DNA of 64,000 bases from Planctomycetota bacterium (GCA_031409275.1 JANNXA010000049.1:91575-155574), one strand, 5' to 3'; counted from the stretch's first letter, positions 1-9,960 are shown. The notes: generated by a model not told the origin, from the sequence alone. A program made the numbers and translations.

Positions 1-1
1 G

Positions 2-415
2 CTCAACTCGCTGGCGGGTCCTCGGATCATCATCTCGAGCAGCGGCATGCTGGCGGGCGGGCGCGTGCTGCACCATCTGCGTCGACTGCTGCCCGATCCC
101 GCCAACGCCATCGTGATCTCCGGCTACCAGGCCGATGGCACGCGCGGGCGGCTGCTCAAGAACGGCGCGCGGACGCTGCGCATGCATGGCCAGGACATTC
201 CGGTGCTGGCCCGCGTCGAGGAGGTGCCGGGGTTGTCGGGCCACGCCGACTCCGACGAGCTGATCCGGTGGCTGCGCGGAATGCCGGCGCCGCCGCAGCA
301 GAGTTTTGTCGTGCATGGCGAATCGGCCTCCGCGAGCGCGTTCGTGAAGCGGCTCGAAACGGAGCTCCATTTCCCGGCCCACGCGGCCGTTCATCTCGAG
401 CGAGTGGAGTGGTGA
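2..415 (+). CDS. MBL-fold beta-CASP family metallo-hydrolase (RNA-processing type), 3' part; truncated by window start
   Basis: Frame open from position 2; motifs IIISSSGMLAGGR, GYQADGTRGR, LSGHAD, FVVHGE typical of beta-CASP/RMMBL C-terminus. Confidence 0.9.
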   Translation, partial: LNSLAGPRIIISSSGMLAGGRVLHHLRRLLPDPANAIVISGYQADGTRGRLLKNGARTLRMHGQDIPVLARVEEVPGLSGHADSDELIRWLRGMPAPPQQSFVVHGESASASAFVKRLETELHFPAHAAVHLERVEW

Positions 416-1575
416 CCGTGCTTTCGAAGAACGCGCTGCGCTTGCACCTCCGTGCCTTCGCCGTGGCGATGCTCGGCCTCCTCGCCGCGCCTCGCGCGCC
501 GGCCCAGGAAGACACTTCGCCCGCGCAGGACGTCGTCTCGATCCAGGACCGCGAAGGCTACGTCGCGGCGGTGCAGGCGATCGCCGCGGGCAAGGAGCGC
601 GACGGGCTCGCCGTGCTGGCCGAGCTTGCGGTGCGATTCGCCGACGATCCCGACCTCTATCTGCTGCACTACAACGCGGCGTGCGGTCACGCGCGCGTGG
701 GGGAGCTCGATGCCGGGTTCGCGGCGCTCGACCAGGCGGTCACGTGCGGCTACACGGTCCATCCGCAGCGCCTGCAGAACCTGCTGTCCGATCCCGACCT
801 CGACCGGCTGCGCGCCGATCCTCGCTTCGTGCCGCTGCGCGATCGCGCGATCACGCTGCACGAAGCGCTGCGCGATTCCTATCCGGAGCTGATCGCGCCG
901 TACGAGTTCATCCCGCCGCCTCCGGCCGATCCGGCGGCCGCCGCCACCTCGAGGCCGCTGCTGATCGTCCTTCATCCCTACGGTGCGGAGCGGGCCGACT
1001 ACGCCCGCCGCTACTTCGAGCCGTTCTGCGCGGCGCATGGCTTCGCGCTCTTCGCGCCAGGCGGCCCGCAGATGATCGCGCCCGAACGTTTCGCGTTCTT
1101 CGGCAGTCCGGCCGACTTCGTCGACGGATTCCGGATGGCGCAGCGAAAGATCGTGCTGCCGCTCGATGACTTCCGCAGGCGTGCCAACGTCGATCCGCAG
1201 CGCATCTACGTGACGGGTTCCGGTCAGGGGGCCGGACTCGGCTTCGCGATCGCGATGCGCAACCCGCAGTGGGTGCGCGGCGCCGTGTTGTTCGAGGGCG
1301 GGTATGCGCCGGCCACTTTGAAGGACTGGACGGCGAACGCCGTGAAGTTCGGACGCCGAGTCGCGCTGGTCCATGGCGATGGCGACCCGCGCTATCCTCT
1401 CGCCCCGCTCGAGTCGTTCGTCGAGCAGCTCGAGTCGCAAGGAATCGCGGTGCGGCTGTTCGCTGAAGCCGGCCCGGGAACGTTGACGCCAGAGTCGGTC
1501 ACCGCGGCGCTGGCCCGCCACCTGGCCTGGGTCGACGAAGCGCCCTTTGAGCGCCCCGCCGCGCCCGGCCGATGA
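412..1575 (+). CDS. Secreted TPR-like plus alpha/beta-hydrolase-fold protein (probable pseudo-esterase)
   Basis: GTG overlaps upstream TGA; signal-like N-terminus ending APRAPA-Q; YNAACGHAR...DPDLDRLRADPRF TPR-end motif; PLLIVLH, VDPQRIYVTG, HGDGDP hydrolase motifs. Confidence 0.7.
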   Translation: MTVLSKNALRLHLRAFAVAMLGLLAAPRAPAQEDTSPAQDVVSIQDREGYVAAVQAIAAGKERDGLAVLAELAVRFADDPDLYLLHYNAACGHARVGELDAGFAALDQAVTCGYTVHPQRLQNLLSDPDLDRLRADPRFVPLRDRAITLHEALRDSYPELIAPYEFIPPPPADPAAAATSRPLLIVLHPYGAERADYARRYFEPFCAAHGFALFAPGGPQMIAPERFAFFGSPADFVDGFRMAQRKIVLPLDDFRRRANVDPQRIYVTGSGQGAGLGFAIAMRNPQWVRGAVLFEGGYAPATLKDWTANAVKFGRRVALVHGDGDPRYPLAPLESFVEQLESQGIAVRLFAEAGPGTLTPESVTAALARHLAWVDEAPFERPAAPGR

Positions 1576-1639
1576 GCGTCACTCGGCGGCGCGCGGCGCC
1601 CGCAGTTCCTTCACCTCTTTCGGATCACCGCTCCCCGCG

Positions 1640-2539
1640 ATGCCATCGTTCCTGACCAGCGCTTTCCGCTTCCCCGCCGTGGCCATTCGGCATGCCGACC
1701 TCGTGCGCGCCTTCGTGCGGCGCGATCTGGCGGCGCGCTACGAAGGGTCGCTGCTCGGCAAGCTCTGGCCGCTGCTCCATCCGGCGCTGCTGCTCGCGGT
1801 CTACGGGCTGGTCTTCTCGAAGATGCTCGGTGTCCACCTGCGCACCGCCGAAGCGGCGGCCGTCCCGGGCGCGATCGGTGAGGGGTGGGTCGCCACGATC
1901 TTCATGGCGTCCGGGATCCTACCGTGGATCTGCACGGTCGACGCGCTGAACCGCTGCACGCCGGTCGTGGTCGAGAACAACAACCTCATCAAGAAGGTCG
2001 CCTTCCCGTCCGAGTTGCTGCCGACCTACACGACGCTGGTCAGCTTCTTCCAGATGGCGATCGGGCTGCTGCTGCTGGTGCCGCTCTATGCGTGCGTGAT
2101 GCTCTTCGCATCGGGCACGCCGGTCGAGCAGAACTGGCATTGGCTGCGCTACCTGGTCTGGTTGCCGGTGCCCGTGGTGCTGCAGTGGATCTTCGTGACC
2201 GGCCTCGGGATGTTGCTGGCGGCGGTCAACGTCTTCGTGCGCGACGTCGGACAGGTGATCCCGCTCGCGACCCTGGTGTGGATGTTCTTCACGCCGGTCT
2301 TCTACAAGATCGAGACGATCGCACGGCAGACGACGGACGTGCCGTGGGTCGCGTCGGCGATCCAATGGAACCCGCTCTACCACCTGCTCGCGATTTATCG
2401 CGGCTGCTTCCCCTACGAGCTCGGCGAGTCCTTCCCGCTACGTTCGGTCGCGATCTTCGCGGCGATCGCGGTCGCGACCTTCATCCTCGGCCATGGCTGC
2501 TTCCATCGTTGGAAGGGCCACTTCGCGGACGAGGTCTGA
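1640..2539 (+). CDS. wzm: ABC-2 polysaccharide exporter permease (Wzm/RfbA-like)
   Basis: RRDLAARYEGSLLGKLWPLLHP, LIKKVAFP, FVRDVGQ, FFTPVFY, WNPL and C-terminal FADEV; multiple TM segments. Confidence 0.9.
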   Translation: MPSFLTSAFRFPAVAIRHADLVRAFVRRDLAARYEGSLLGKLWPLLHPALLLAVYGLVFSKMLGVHLRTAEAAAVPGAIGEGWVATIFMASGILPWICTVDALNRCTPVVVENNNLIKKVAFPSELLPTYTTLVSFFQMAIGLLLLVPLYACVMLFASGTPVEQNWHWLRYLVWLPVPVVLQWIFVTGLGMLLAAVNVFVRDVGQVIPLATLVWMFFTPVFYKIETIARQTTDVPWVASAIQWNPLYHLLAIYRGCFPYELGESFPLRSVAIFAAIAVATFILGHGCFHRWKGHFADEV

Positions 2540-2543
2540 CGCG

Positions 2544-3974
2544 ATGGCTGCCGATCGCCGCAAGCCCGCGAGCTCCGCCGCTGCCGACGCTGTCGTGACC
2601 GCCGACCCCGACTTCGCGTTGCGCGCCGACCACCTCACCAAGACCTACCGCCTCTACAACCGGCCCTTCGATCGCGTGAAGGAGGTCTTGCTGCGCAAGA
2701 AGCTCCACCGCGAGGTCCGTGGCCTCGTCGATGTCTCCTTCTCGGTGAAGAAGGGCAGCACGCTCGGTGTCGTCGGCAGCAATGGCGCCGGCAAGTCGAC
2801 GCTGCTCAAGGTGCTGGCCGGGACCACGCTGCAGAGCAGCGGCGAGTTCACCACGAACGGCCGCGTCGCGAGCCTGCTCGAGCTCGGCACCGGCTTCTAT
2901 CCCGGCTTCAGCGGCCGCCAGAACATCGTGCTGAACGGCATCGTGAACGGCTACCCGCGCGCCGAGATCGAGGCGAAGGTCGCCGAGATCATCGAGTTCA
3001 GCGAGCTCGGCAAGTTCATCGACCAGCCGATCCGCACCTACTCGTCGGGCATGGTGATGCGGCTCGGCTTCTCGGTCGCCACCGCGATCGACCCCGACAT
3101 CCTGATCATCGACGAGATCCTCGCGGTCGGTGACCTGCACTTCCAGAAGCGCTGCGTCGACCGCATCGTCAGCTTCAAGGCGCGCGGCAAGACGATCCTC
3201 TTCTGCTCGCACTCGATGTTCCACGTCGAGGAGATCTGCGAGCGCGCGCTATGGGTGAAGGACGGTCGCATCGAGGTCGAGGCGCCGTCGCGCGACGTGG
3301 TGCTGGCCTACTCGAACTTCGAGCGGGGGCGCCGCTCGACCCACAGCGTGCTCGGTCGCGCCGAGGGGTACGAGGCGCTGCGCGCCGAGTCGGCGGCGCG
3401 CCAGGCGGGCGCGGCTCCGGCCGCCGGCGGCGCCGATGACGCCGAGAGCCTGCCGCCGCCCGATGCGATGCCGGTGATCCTCGGTTCGAGGTTGCGCGAC
3501 CCGCATACCGGCATCGAAGTCGCGCGCGCCCAGCTGCTGAAGGACGTCGTGGTCGAGATCGACTACGAGCTGCCGCAGGACCTGCCCGGCATCACGGTCG
3601 GCTGCTCGATCGACCGCCTCGACCAGATCATGGTCTGCGGGATCGGGAGCACGCTGTCGGGCTTCGCGGCACCGTGCAAGCGCGGGCGCTGGCGGGTGCA
3701 GATCGCGCTGCAGCGCCTGCCGTTGCTGGCGGCGGAGTATTCGCTGACCGCCTACCTGACCGACGAGCGCGCGCTGCACGTCTACCACTCGCAGTCGCTC
3801 GGGACGCGCTTCGAGATCGCGCAGCACGAGCGACGCGTCGGCATGATCCACATCGACCACACCTTCACTTCCGAGCCGTTGCCGTGGCCGACACGGGCCG
3901 AGCGCGCGGCGGAGCTGAAGGCGATGGGACTCGACCACGCCTCCGGCCCGCCGCCGGGGCTCATTCCGGGCTGA
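2544..3974 (+). CDS. wzt: ABC polysaccharide exporter ATPase with C-terminal Wzt_C-like domain
   Basis: Walker A GSNGAGKST, signature YSSGM, Walker B ILIIDE, H-loop CSH; long beta-rich C-terminal extension. Confidence 0.92.
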   Translation: MAADRRKPASSAAADAVVTADPDFALRADHLTKTYRLYNRPFDRVKEVLLRKKLHREVRGLVDVSFSVKKGSTLGVVGSNGAGKSTLLKVLAGTTLQSSGEFTTNGRVASLLELGTGFYPGFSGRQNIVLNGIVNGYPRAEIEAKVAEIIEFSELGKFIDQPIRTYSSGMVMRLGFSVATAIDPDILIIDEILAVGDLHFQKRCVDRIVSFKARGKTILFCSHSMFHVEEICERALWVKDGRIEVEAPSRDVVLAYSNFERGRRSTHSVLGRAEGYEALRAESAARQAGAAPAAGGADDAESLPPPDAMPVILGSRLRDPHTGIEVARAQLLKDVVVEIDYELPQDLPGITVGCSIDRLDQIMVCGIGSTLSGFAAPCKRGRWRVQIALQRLPLLAAEYSLTAYLTDERALHVYHSQSLGTRFEIAQHERRVGMIHIDHTFTSEPLPWPTRAERAAELKAMGLDHASGPPPGLIPG

Positions 3975-3987
3975 GCGGAGCGCCTCC

Positions 3988-5199
3988 TTGCCTGACCTCT
4001 CCGCGATCATCGTCAACTACAACACCGGGGCCTACCTGCAGACGCTGGTCGATGGCCTCGCGCGCGAGAAGGTGACCCGGCGCGATGGCGGCGCCGCGAC
4101 GATCGAGGTGATCGTCGTCGAGAACCAGAGCCCGAGCGACCAGGAGCCGTGGCTCAAGCCGCTCGAGGCGCAGGGCGTCACGGTGGTGCGCTCGCCGGTG
4201 AACGGCGGCTTCGGCGGCGGCTGCAACCTCGGCACCCGCCACGCGCGCGGCCGCCAGCTGCTCTACCTGAATCCCGATGTGCTGATCGTCCCGGGCTGCG
4301 TGGCGGCGCTGTCGCATCATCTCGACTCCCATCCGCGCGCCGGCCAGGTCGGTCCGCGCGGCTGGTTCGATGCGCACCGCTTCTTCTTCCTGCCGCGCAT
4401 CGAGCTGCCGACCCTGTCGATGCACTTCGCCGAAGCGTGGCGACGGGGCAATCGACGCCGCGCCGAGGCCTTCGCGCTGCGCCGCAGCAAGAATGCGCTG
4501 CGCATCTGGAGCGCCGACCACGAGCAGGACGAGCCGGTGCTGGCGGGATACGCCTTCATGATGCCGGCCGACTTCGCGCGCCGACTCGGCCCCTTCGACG
4601 AGACCTTCCCGCTCTACTACGAGGATGGCGACCTTTCGCGACGCGTGCGCGAAGCGGGGCGCGACGTGACGCTGGTGCCCGAGTCGGAGATGGTCCACCT
4701 CTACAACAAGAGCGCCGGCCAGTTCGCCGAGGAGGCGATGCGCAAGCACGACGTCTCGCTGCAGCGCTACCTCGACAAGCACTACGGCTGGCTCGGCGGG
4801 CGCATCGGCGCCGCGATCACGCAGTGGGTGCGCCGCCATCCGACGCAGAACCTCGCCCACGAGTTCTCGAACTGGGTCGATCTCGGCGAGGTCGTCGACC
4901 CGCCGGTCCTGGTGCCGAAAGACCCGACGCCGCACTACGTGGTCGAACTCAGCGCCGACCCGCTCTACTCGCTGGCGGTGGGGCGCATCGACTCGCGTGC
5001 ACGCTTCGAGATCCCGAAGGGAACGTGGGACCACTTCGATCCGATCCAGATGTACGTGCGCATGCTCTCCCTGCCGGACCTGAAGCCGCTCGGCGCGTGG
5101 CGCATGAAGAAGAGCACGGGCAGCATCCACATCGGCAGCGATCGCGAGTTCCTGGCGCGTCTGGCCGATTCGCATCTGCCCGCCGGGATGGAATCGTGA
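3988..5199 (+). CDS. Glycosyltransferase family 2 with C-terminal extension
   Basis: TTG start; LSAIIVNYN, NGGFGGGCNLG, YLNPD, FDETFPLYYEDGDL. Confidence 0.88.
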   Translation: MPDLSAIIVNYNTGAYLQTLVDGLAREKVTRRDGGAATIEVIVVENQSPSDQEPWLKPLEAQGVTVVRSPVNGGFGGGCNLGTRHARGRQLLYLNPDVLIVPGCVAALSHHLDSHPRAGQVGPRGWFDAHRFFFLPRIELPTLSMHFAEAWRRGNRRRAEAFALRRSKNALRIWSADHEQDEPVLAGYAFMMPADFARRLGPFDETFPLYYEDGDLSRRVREAGRDVTLVPESEMVHLYNKSAGQFAEEAMRKHDVSLQRYLDKHYGWLGGRIGAAITQWVRRHPTQNLAHEFSNWVDLGEVVDPPVLVPKDPTPHYVVELSADPLYSLAVGRIDSRARFEIPKGTWDHFDPIQMYVRMLSLPDLKPLGAWRMKKSTGSIHIGSDREFLARLADSHLPAGMES

Positions 5200-6155
5200 G
5201 CGAGGCGCCCGTCGCGGGAGCGGCCGCCGCCGGTGCCGCCGTGCTCCCCGACGTCTCGGTGGTGATCCTGTCGTGGAACACGCGCGCGCTGCTCGAGCGC
5301 TGCCTGCAAAGCGTCGTGCAGCAGGAGCATGGCCTCGTGCTCGAGGTCATCGTCGTCGACAACGGTTCGCGCGATGGCAGCGCCGACCTCGTGGCGCAGG
5401 ACTTCCCGACCGTGATCCTCAAACGCAACGGCGTCAACGAGGGCTACGCGCGCGGGAACAACCAGGGCGCGGTGCTCGCGACGGCGCCGCTGCTGCTGCT
5501 GCTCAACAGCGACACCGAGGTGCGGCCCGGCGCGCTCAAGAAACTCGTCGACCTGCTGCGTCACCACCCCGAGTACGGCGCCGCGGCGCCGCAGCTCGTC
5601 AATCCCGACGGTTCGATCCAGCGCAACTGCATGCGCTTCCCGACCTTGCAGGACGGCTTCCTGTTCGACTCGTGGTTCGAGCGGCGGTGGGGTCGCAGCC
5701 GTTCGGTGCGGCGCTGGTTCATGGAGGACTTCGACCACAAGGGCGACGCCGACGTCGATCAGCCGCCCGGCGCCTGCCTGCTGATCCGCCGCGAGTGGTG
5801 GAATGCGATCGGCGGCTTCGACGAGCGGCTGTGGCTCTTCTACAACGACGTCGAGTTCTGCCAGGCGCTGCACGAGCGCGGCCTGAAGATCCGCTATGTC
5901 GTCGACGCGAAAGTCCTGCATCACCTCGGGAAGTCGACGGCGCAGTACCGCGACTTCGCGGGCGAATGGATCTGCAATCGGATCCGCTACTACCGGATCC
6001 GCCACGGCGCGCGCGGCGCGTTCGTGCTGAAGAGCTGGCTCCTGCTGCGCGCACTCGAAGAGGCGCTGCGGATCTGGCGGGGCCACTCGGGGCCGGCGCT
6101 TGGCGCGGCGGGGCGCGACCTCGCGCGAGTGGTGAAGCGCGGGCTGCGTTGCTGA
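5196..6155 (+). CDS. Glycosyltransferase family 2 (WbbL/rhamnosyltransferase-like)
   Basis: GTG overlapping upstream stop (GTGA); VSVVILSWN, VVDNGSRDGS, LLNSD, GGFDERLWLFYNDVE. Confidence 0.9.
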   Translation: MSEAPVAGAAAAGAAVLPDVSVVILSWNTRALLERCLQSVVQQEHGLVLEVIVVDNGSRDGSADLVAQDFPTVILKRNGVNEGYARGNNQGAVLATAPLLLLLNSDTEVRPGALKKLVDLLRHHPEYGAAAPQLVNPDGSIQRNCMRFPTLQDGFLFDSWFERRWGRSRSVRRWFMEDFDHKGDADVDQPPGACLLIRREWWNAIGGFDERLWLFYNDVEFCQALHERGLKIRYVVDAKVLHHLGKSTAQYRDFAGEWICNRIRYYRIRHGARGAFVLKSWLLLRALEEALRIWRGHSGPALGAAGRDLARVVKRGLRC

Positions 6156-6169
6156 ACGAGCAGTCGAGC

Positions 6170-7231
6170 ATGACGGAGTGGACGATGGTCGAGACGGATG
6201 CGGCGGACCGGACCGGGCAGCGGCGCTTCACGGTGCGCGAGTACCGCGACGGCGACGAGGCGGCGATCGTCGGGTTGTTCAATCGCGTCTTCGCCGTCGG
6301 CAACCCCGACTTCGTGCCGCGATCGCTCTCCCATTGGCGCTGGGCCTTCCCCGGCAACCCGGAGGGTCACGCGACCATGGTGGCCGAAGCGGACGGCGCG
6401 ATGGTCGGCACCTTCACGGCGATGCCCTCGCGCTTCCGCTTTCCCGACGCCGAGTTCCGCCTGGGGCAAGCCGTCGACACCGTCATCGCGCCGGAGTTTC
6501 GCGCCTCGCTGCGCAAGAACGGCGTCTACCTCACGCTCTCGCATGCCTGGTACGAGCGCTTCGGTCGGCGCGACGACGTGCGCTTCCTCTACGGGTTCCC
6601 CAATCCGCAAGCGCTGCGGATCGGGACGAAGCTCGGCGGCTACGAGCCGGTGCGCTGCCCCGTGCTCGAATCGGAGCTGCCGCTGAACGTGGCGGCGCGC
6701 TGGCCCGACGGCGGGCTCGAGGTCGAGGAAGTCGAGCGTTTCGGCGGCGAGGTCGAGGCCTTCGATACGGCGCTCGCTCCCGCAATGGGAGTCGCGGCGC
6801 GACGCAGCGCCCGCTACTGGAACTGGCGCTACGCCGACCATCCATCGACGCGCTATCGACTGCTGCGGGCGCAGGGGCCCGACGGCGCTCTGCGCGGTTT
6901 CATGGTGCACGGCTTCTCGTGGCACGGCTTCCGCAAGGACCTCGTCCCCGTGGTCGATTTCCTCGTCGCTCCTGGCGATCGCGCGACGTGGCGAGCGCTG
7001 CTGGCCGACGCCGCCCGCGCGGCGCAGCGCTGGCGCGGCGTGGCGCTGAAGAGCCTGCTCGCCTGGGCGCCGCCCGATCACGGCCACTTCGCCGATCTCG
7101 CAGCGCTGGGCTTCGCAAGTCGCCCCTCGATCTTCAACCTCTGCATCCGCCGCTTCGCCGACTCGGACTACACGCCCGAGCAGGCGAGCCGCGAGCTCTA
7201 CATCAACATGGGCGACTCCGACATCTATTGA
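6170..7231 (+). CDS. GNAT family N-acyltransferase (tandem GNAT, polysaccharide-locus type)
   Basis: VREYRDGDEAAIVGLF, HWRWAF..NP, AVDTVIAPEFR, FLYGFPN, YWNWRY and C-terminal GDSDIY. Confidence 0.75.
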   Translation: MTEWTMVETDAADRTGQRRFTVREYRDGDEAAIVGLFNRVFAVGNPDFVPRSLSHWRWAFPGNPEGHATMVAEADGAMVGTFTAMPSRFRFPDAEFRLGQAVDTVIAPEFRASLRKNGVYLTLSHAWYERFGRRDDVRFLYGFPNPQALRIGTKLGGYEPVRCPVLESELPLNVAARWPDGGLEVEEVERFGGEVEAFDTALAPAMGVAARRSARYWNWRYADHPSTRYRLLRAQGPDGALRGFMVHGFSWHGFRKDLVPVVDFLVAPGDRATWRALLADAARAAQRWRGVALKSLLAWAPPDHGHFADLAALGFASRPSIFNLCIRRFADSDYTPEQASRELYINMGDSDIY

Positions 7232-7274
7232 CGCTGCGGCCGCGCGGCACGCTCGCGCCAGGAGACTCGAGCCG

Positions 7275-7982
7275 ATGGAGCCCTACCTCGATCCGCCGCC
7301 GCCGCCGCAGCCGCTTTGCGCACCACCGTTGCGCGGCCGCGTCGTCGTGGTGGCTCCGCACCCCGACGATGAGCTGATCGGTCCGGGTGGAACGGTCCTG
7401 CTCCACCGCGCTCTCGGCGACGCCGTCCACATCGTGGTGGTGACCGATGGGGCGAGCGATGGCGGCGCGACGACGCCCGATGCACGGCGAGCGCTGGCGG
7501 CGACCCGCGAAGCGGAGTCGCGCGCGGTCGCGGCGAGGCTCGGTGCGACCGTCGAGTTCTATGGCTTTCCCGACGGCGGCCGCGCGCGCGAAGAGGATCT
7601 GGGCGCGCTGGTGCCGCGGCTGGTGGCCACGCTGCGGCGAGAACGCCCGGCGGTCGTCTACGCGCCGCATCGCGAGGAGCCGCATGGCGACCACCACGTC
7701 GTCGCGTTGGCGGCCCAGCGCGGCGTCGCACTCGCGGCCAGCGAAGCGCGCCTCTACGGCTACGAAATCTGGGGTGCGCTCGTGCCCGAGGTCGTGGTCG
7801 ACGTGAGCGCCGTCATGGAGCAGAAGATCGAGCTCGCGCAGCTCTACGTCAGCCAGATCCGCCACACTGCGATCGCCCACTGCTTCGGCGGCCTGAACGC
7901 CTACCGCTCCGCGTTCCTGCAGAAGGGCGCACGCTTCGGCGAGGCGTTTTGCCGCCTCGCCGCGGACCCGCACGCGCGATGA
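7275..7982 (+). CDS. PIG-L/LmbE family de-N-acetylase
   Basis: VVVVAPHPDDELIG, HGDH metal-binding motifs, YVSQ. Confidence 0.9.
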   Translation: MEPYLDPPPPPQPLCAPPLRGRVVVVAPHPDDELIGPGGTVLLHRALGDAVHIVVVTDGASDGGATTPDARRALAATREAESRAVAARLGATVEFYGFPDGGRAREEDLGALVPRLVATLRRERPAVVYAPHREEPHGDHHVVALAAQRGVALAASEARLYGYEIWGALVPEVVVDVSAVMEQKIELAQLYVSQIRHTAIAHCFGGLNAYRSAFLQKGARFGEAFCRLAADPHAR

Positions 7983-9214
7983 ACTCCGCGCTGCGCGTCG
8001 TCCACGTGCTGCAGAACTTCCCGCCCGAGTTCAGCGGCGGCACCGAGCGCCACGTTGCCGAGCTCGTCGATCTGCAGCGCCAGGCAGGTCTCGCGGTCGC
8101 GGTCGTTTGCGGCAGCGAGCAGCGCGACGACCACAGCCGCGTCGATCGCGAGACGTGGCGCGGTGTTCCCGTCGCGCGCGTGCATCGCCAGCCGCAGGAG
8201 GCGTACGGCGTCCACTTCGAGCCGCCGCAGGCGCTCGCGGCGGCGGTCGCGGCGGTGCGCTCGTTCGCTCCCGACCTCGTCCACCTGCACCACTGGTTCA
8301 ATCTCGGCGACTCGCTGCTCGAACGGTTGGCGCCGCTGCCGGCGGTGGCCAGTTTTCACGACAGCTACAGCGCCTGCCCGCGCTTCTTCTTCCTGCGCCC
8401 CGATGGCGACTTCTGCGGCCACGCGTTGCCGCTCCCGCTCGAGCGCTGCGTGGCCTGCATCGCTCCCGACGATGGCGGGGCCGACCTCGCCGCTCGCCTC
8501 ACGGCGCGCCACGGCCGTTTCGCGCGCGAGGTCGCGCGTGCCACCTTCGCCGTGGCGCCGTCGCGCTTCCACGGCGACCTGCTGGTGCAGGCCGGGGTGG
8601 TGCCAGCGGCGAAGCTGCGGGTGGTGCCGCTCGGACTGGCGGTCGCTCCATCCCCCGCGCCGCATCGTCCGCAGCGAGGAGTGCTGCGCATCGCCTGTTG
8701 GGGCCATCTGTCACGGCTGAAGGGGGTGGACCTGCTGCTCGAGGCGCTCCAAGCGCTGGCGCCTCGCGGCGGCGTCGAGCTCCACCTCTTCGGTGAACCG
8801 CTGCCGGCCGACGCGGCGTTGCTCGCCGGCCTCGCGGCCGGGTTGCCGGTCCGCTGGCGCGGTCGCTTCGACCAGGCGACTCTCGCCGCCGCCGCCCCCG
8901 ACCTCGACCTCGCGGTCTTCCCGTCGCGTGCCTACGAGACCTATTCGCTGGTGGTGGAAGAGGCGATCGCGTTGCGTCTGCCGTTGATCGTCTCCGATCG
9001 CGGCGCGCCGCCGTTGCGAGTCGGAGCGGCGGGAATTGCGGTCGCGGTGGAGTCAGCGGCGCCGCTCGTTGCTACGTTGTCGCGCCTCATGGACCAGCCA
9101 GAGACGCTCGCCGCGCTTCGTGCCGCGCGGCCCATCACGCCGCACCTGCTCGCCGATCATGAGCGAGTGCTGCGCGAGATCTATCGCGACGCGCTGGCAG
9201 GAGCCACGCGATGA
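7979..9214 (+). CDS. Glycosyltransferase family 4
   Basis: ATGA overlap; FPPEFSGGTE, PDLVHLHH, KGVDLL, PSRAYETYSLVVEEA (EX7E). Confidence 0.9.
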   Translation: MNSALRVVHVLQNFPPEFSGGTERHVAELVDLQRQAGLAVAVVCGSEQRDDHSRVDRETWRGVPVARVHRQPQEAYGVHFEPPQALAAAVAAVRSFAPDLVHLHHWFNLGDSLLERLAPLPAVASFHDSYSACPRFFFLRPDGDFCGHALPLPLERCVACIAPDDGGADLAARLTARHGRFAREVARATFAVAPSRFHGDLLVQAGVVPAAKLRVVPLGLAVAPSPAPHRPQRGVLRIACWGHLSRLKGVDLLLEALQALAPRGGVELHLFGEPLPADAALLAGLAAGLPVRWRGRFDQATLAAAAPDLDLAVFPSRAYETYSLVVEEAIALRLPLIVSDRGAPPLRVGAAGIAVAVESAAPLVATLSRLMDQPETLAALRAARPITPHLLADHERVLREIYRDALAGATR

Positions 9215-9960
9215 GCGCTGGCTGGAAGCCGTTTCGCAGCTGGACGCCGCTGATCGATCCGCGCACGCTGCCGCGCGGGCCGGTGGTGGTGGTGGCGCCG
9301 CATCCCGACGACGAAGTCATCGGCTGCGGCGGCGCGATCGCGTTCCATGTGGCGCGCGGCGACGCGGTGCATGTGGTCCAGGTCACCGGCGGCGAAGCGG
9401 GCGACCCCAAGCAGCGGCTGGGCGGCGACCTCGTGGCATTGCGGCTGCGCGAGGCGGCCGCCGCGGCCAAGCTGCTCGGCGTGACGTCGCTGCGCGGATT
9501 GTCGTTTCGCGACGGGACGCTGGCGCCGAACGCCGAACTCATCGACGCGTTGCAGACGCAGGTCGACCAGCTCTGTCCGACCCTCGTCTACGCACCGTCG
9601 CTGCTCGAATGCCATCCCGACCACCTGGCGACCGCGCTGGCGACCGGCCGCGCACTGGCACGCTCGCCGCTGCTGGTGCGGTGGCTTGGCTACGAAGTGA
9701 ACCACCCGACGCTGGCGAGCTTCCTGCTCGACATCACGCCGTGGATCGACCTGAAACGCGAGGCGCTGGCCTGCTTCGCGAGCCAGCAGCGCTACAACGA
9801 CCTGATCGGCAAGCGGCTCGGCCTCGCCTACGCGCGCACGATCAACATCGACCTGCGCGGCATCGAGTACGTCGAAGCCTTCTTCGAAGCGAAGCCCGCG
9901 CAGGTGGAGGAGCTCCACGCCGACCTCGCCGCTTTCCATGTCAAGTACGGACTGCCCTGA
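9211..9960 (+). CDS. PIG-L/LmbE family de-N-acetylase (second paralog)
   Basis: VVVVAPHPDDEVIGCGG, HPDH, FASQ. Confidence 0.9.
   Translation: MSAGWKPFRSWTPLIDPRTLPRGPVVVVAPHPDDEVIGCGGAIAFHVARGDAVHVVQVTGGEAGDPKQRLGGDLVALRLREAAAAAKLLGVTSLRGLSFRDGTLAPNAELIDALQTQVDQLCPTLVYAPSLLECHPDHLATALATGRALARSPLLVRWLGYEVNHPTLASFLLDITPWIDLKREALACFASQQRYNDLIGKRLGLAYARTINIDLRGIEYVEAFFEAKPAQVEELHADLAAFHVKYGLP

Noticed and set aside
7275..9960. Bacillithiol or mycothiol biosynthesis
   Set aside because: No cysteine ligase (BshC/MshC) in the window, and the context is a polysaccharide export operon.
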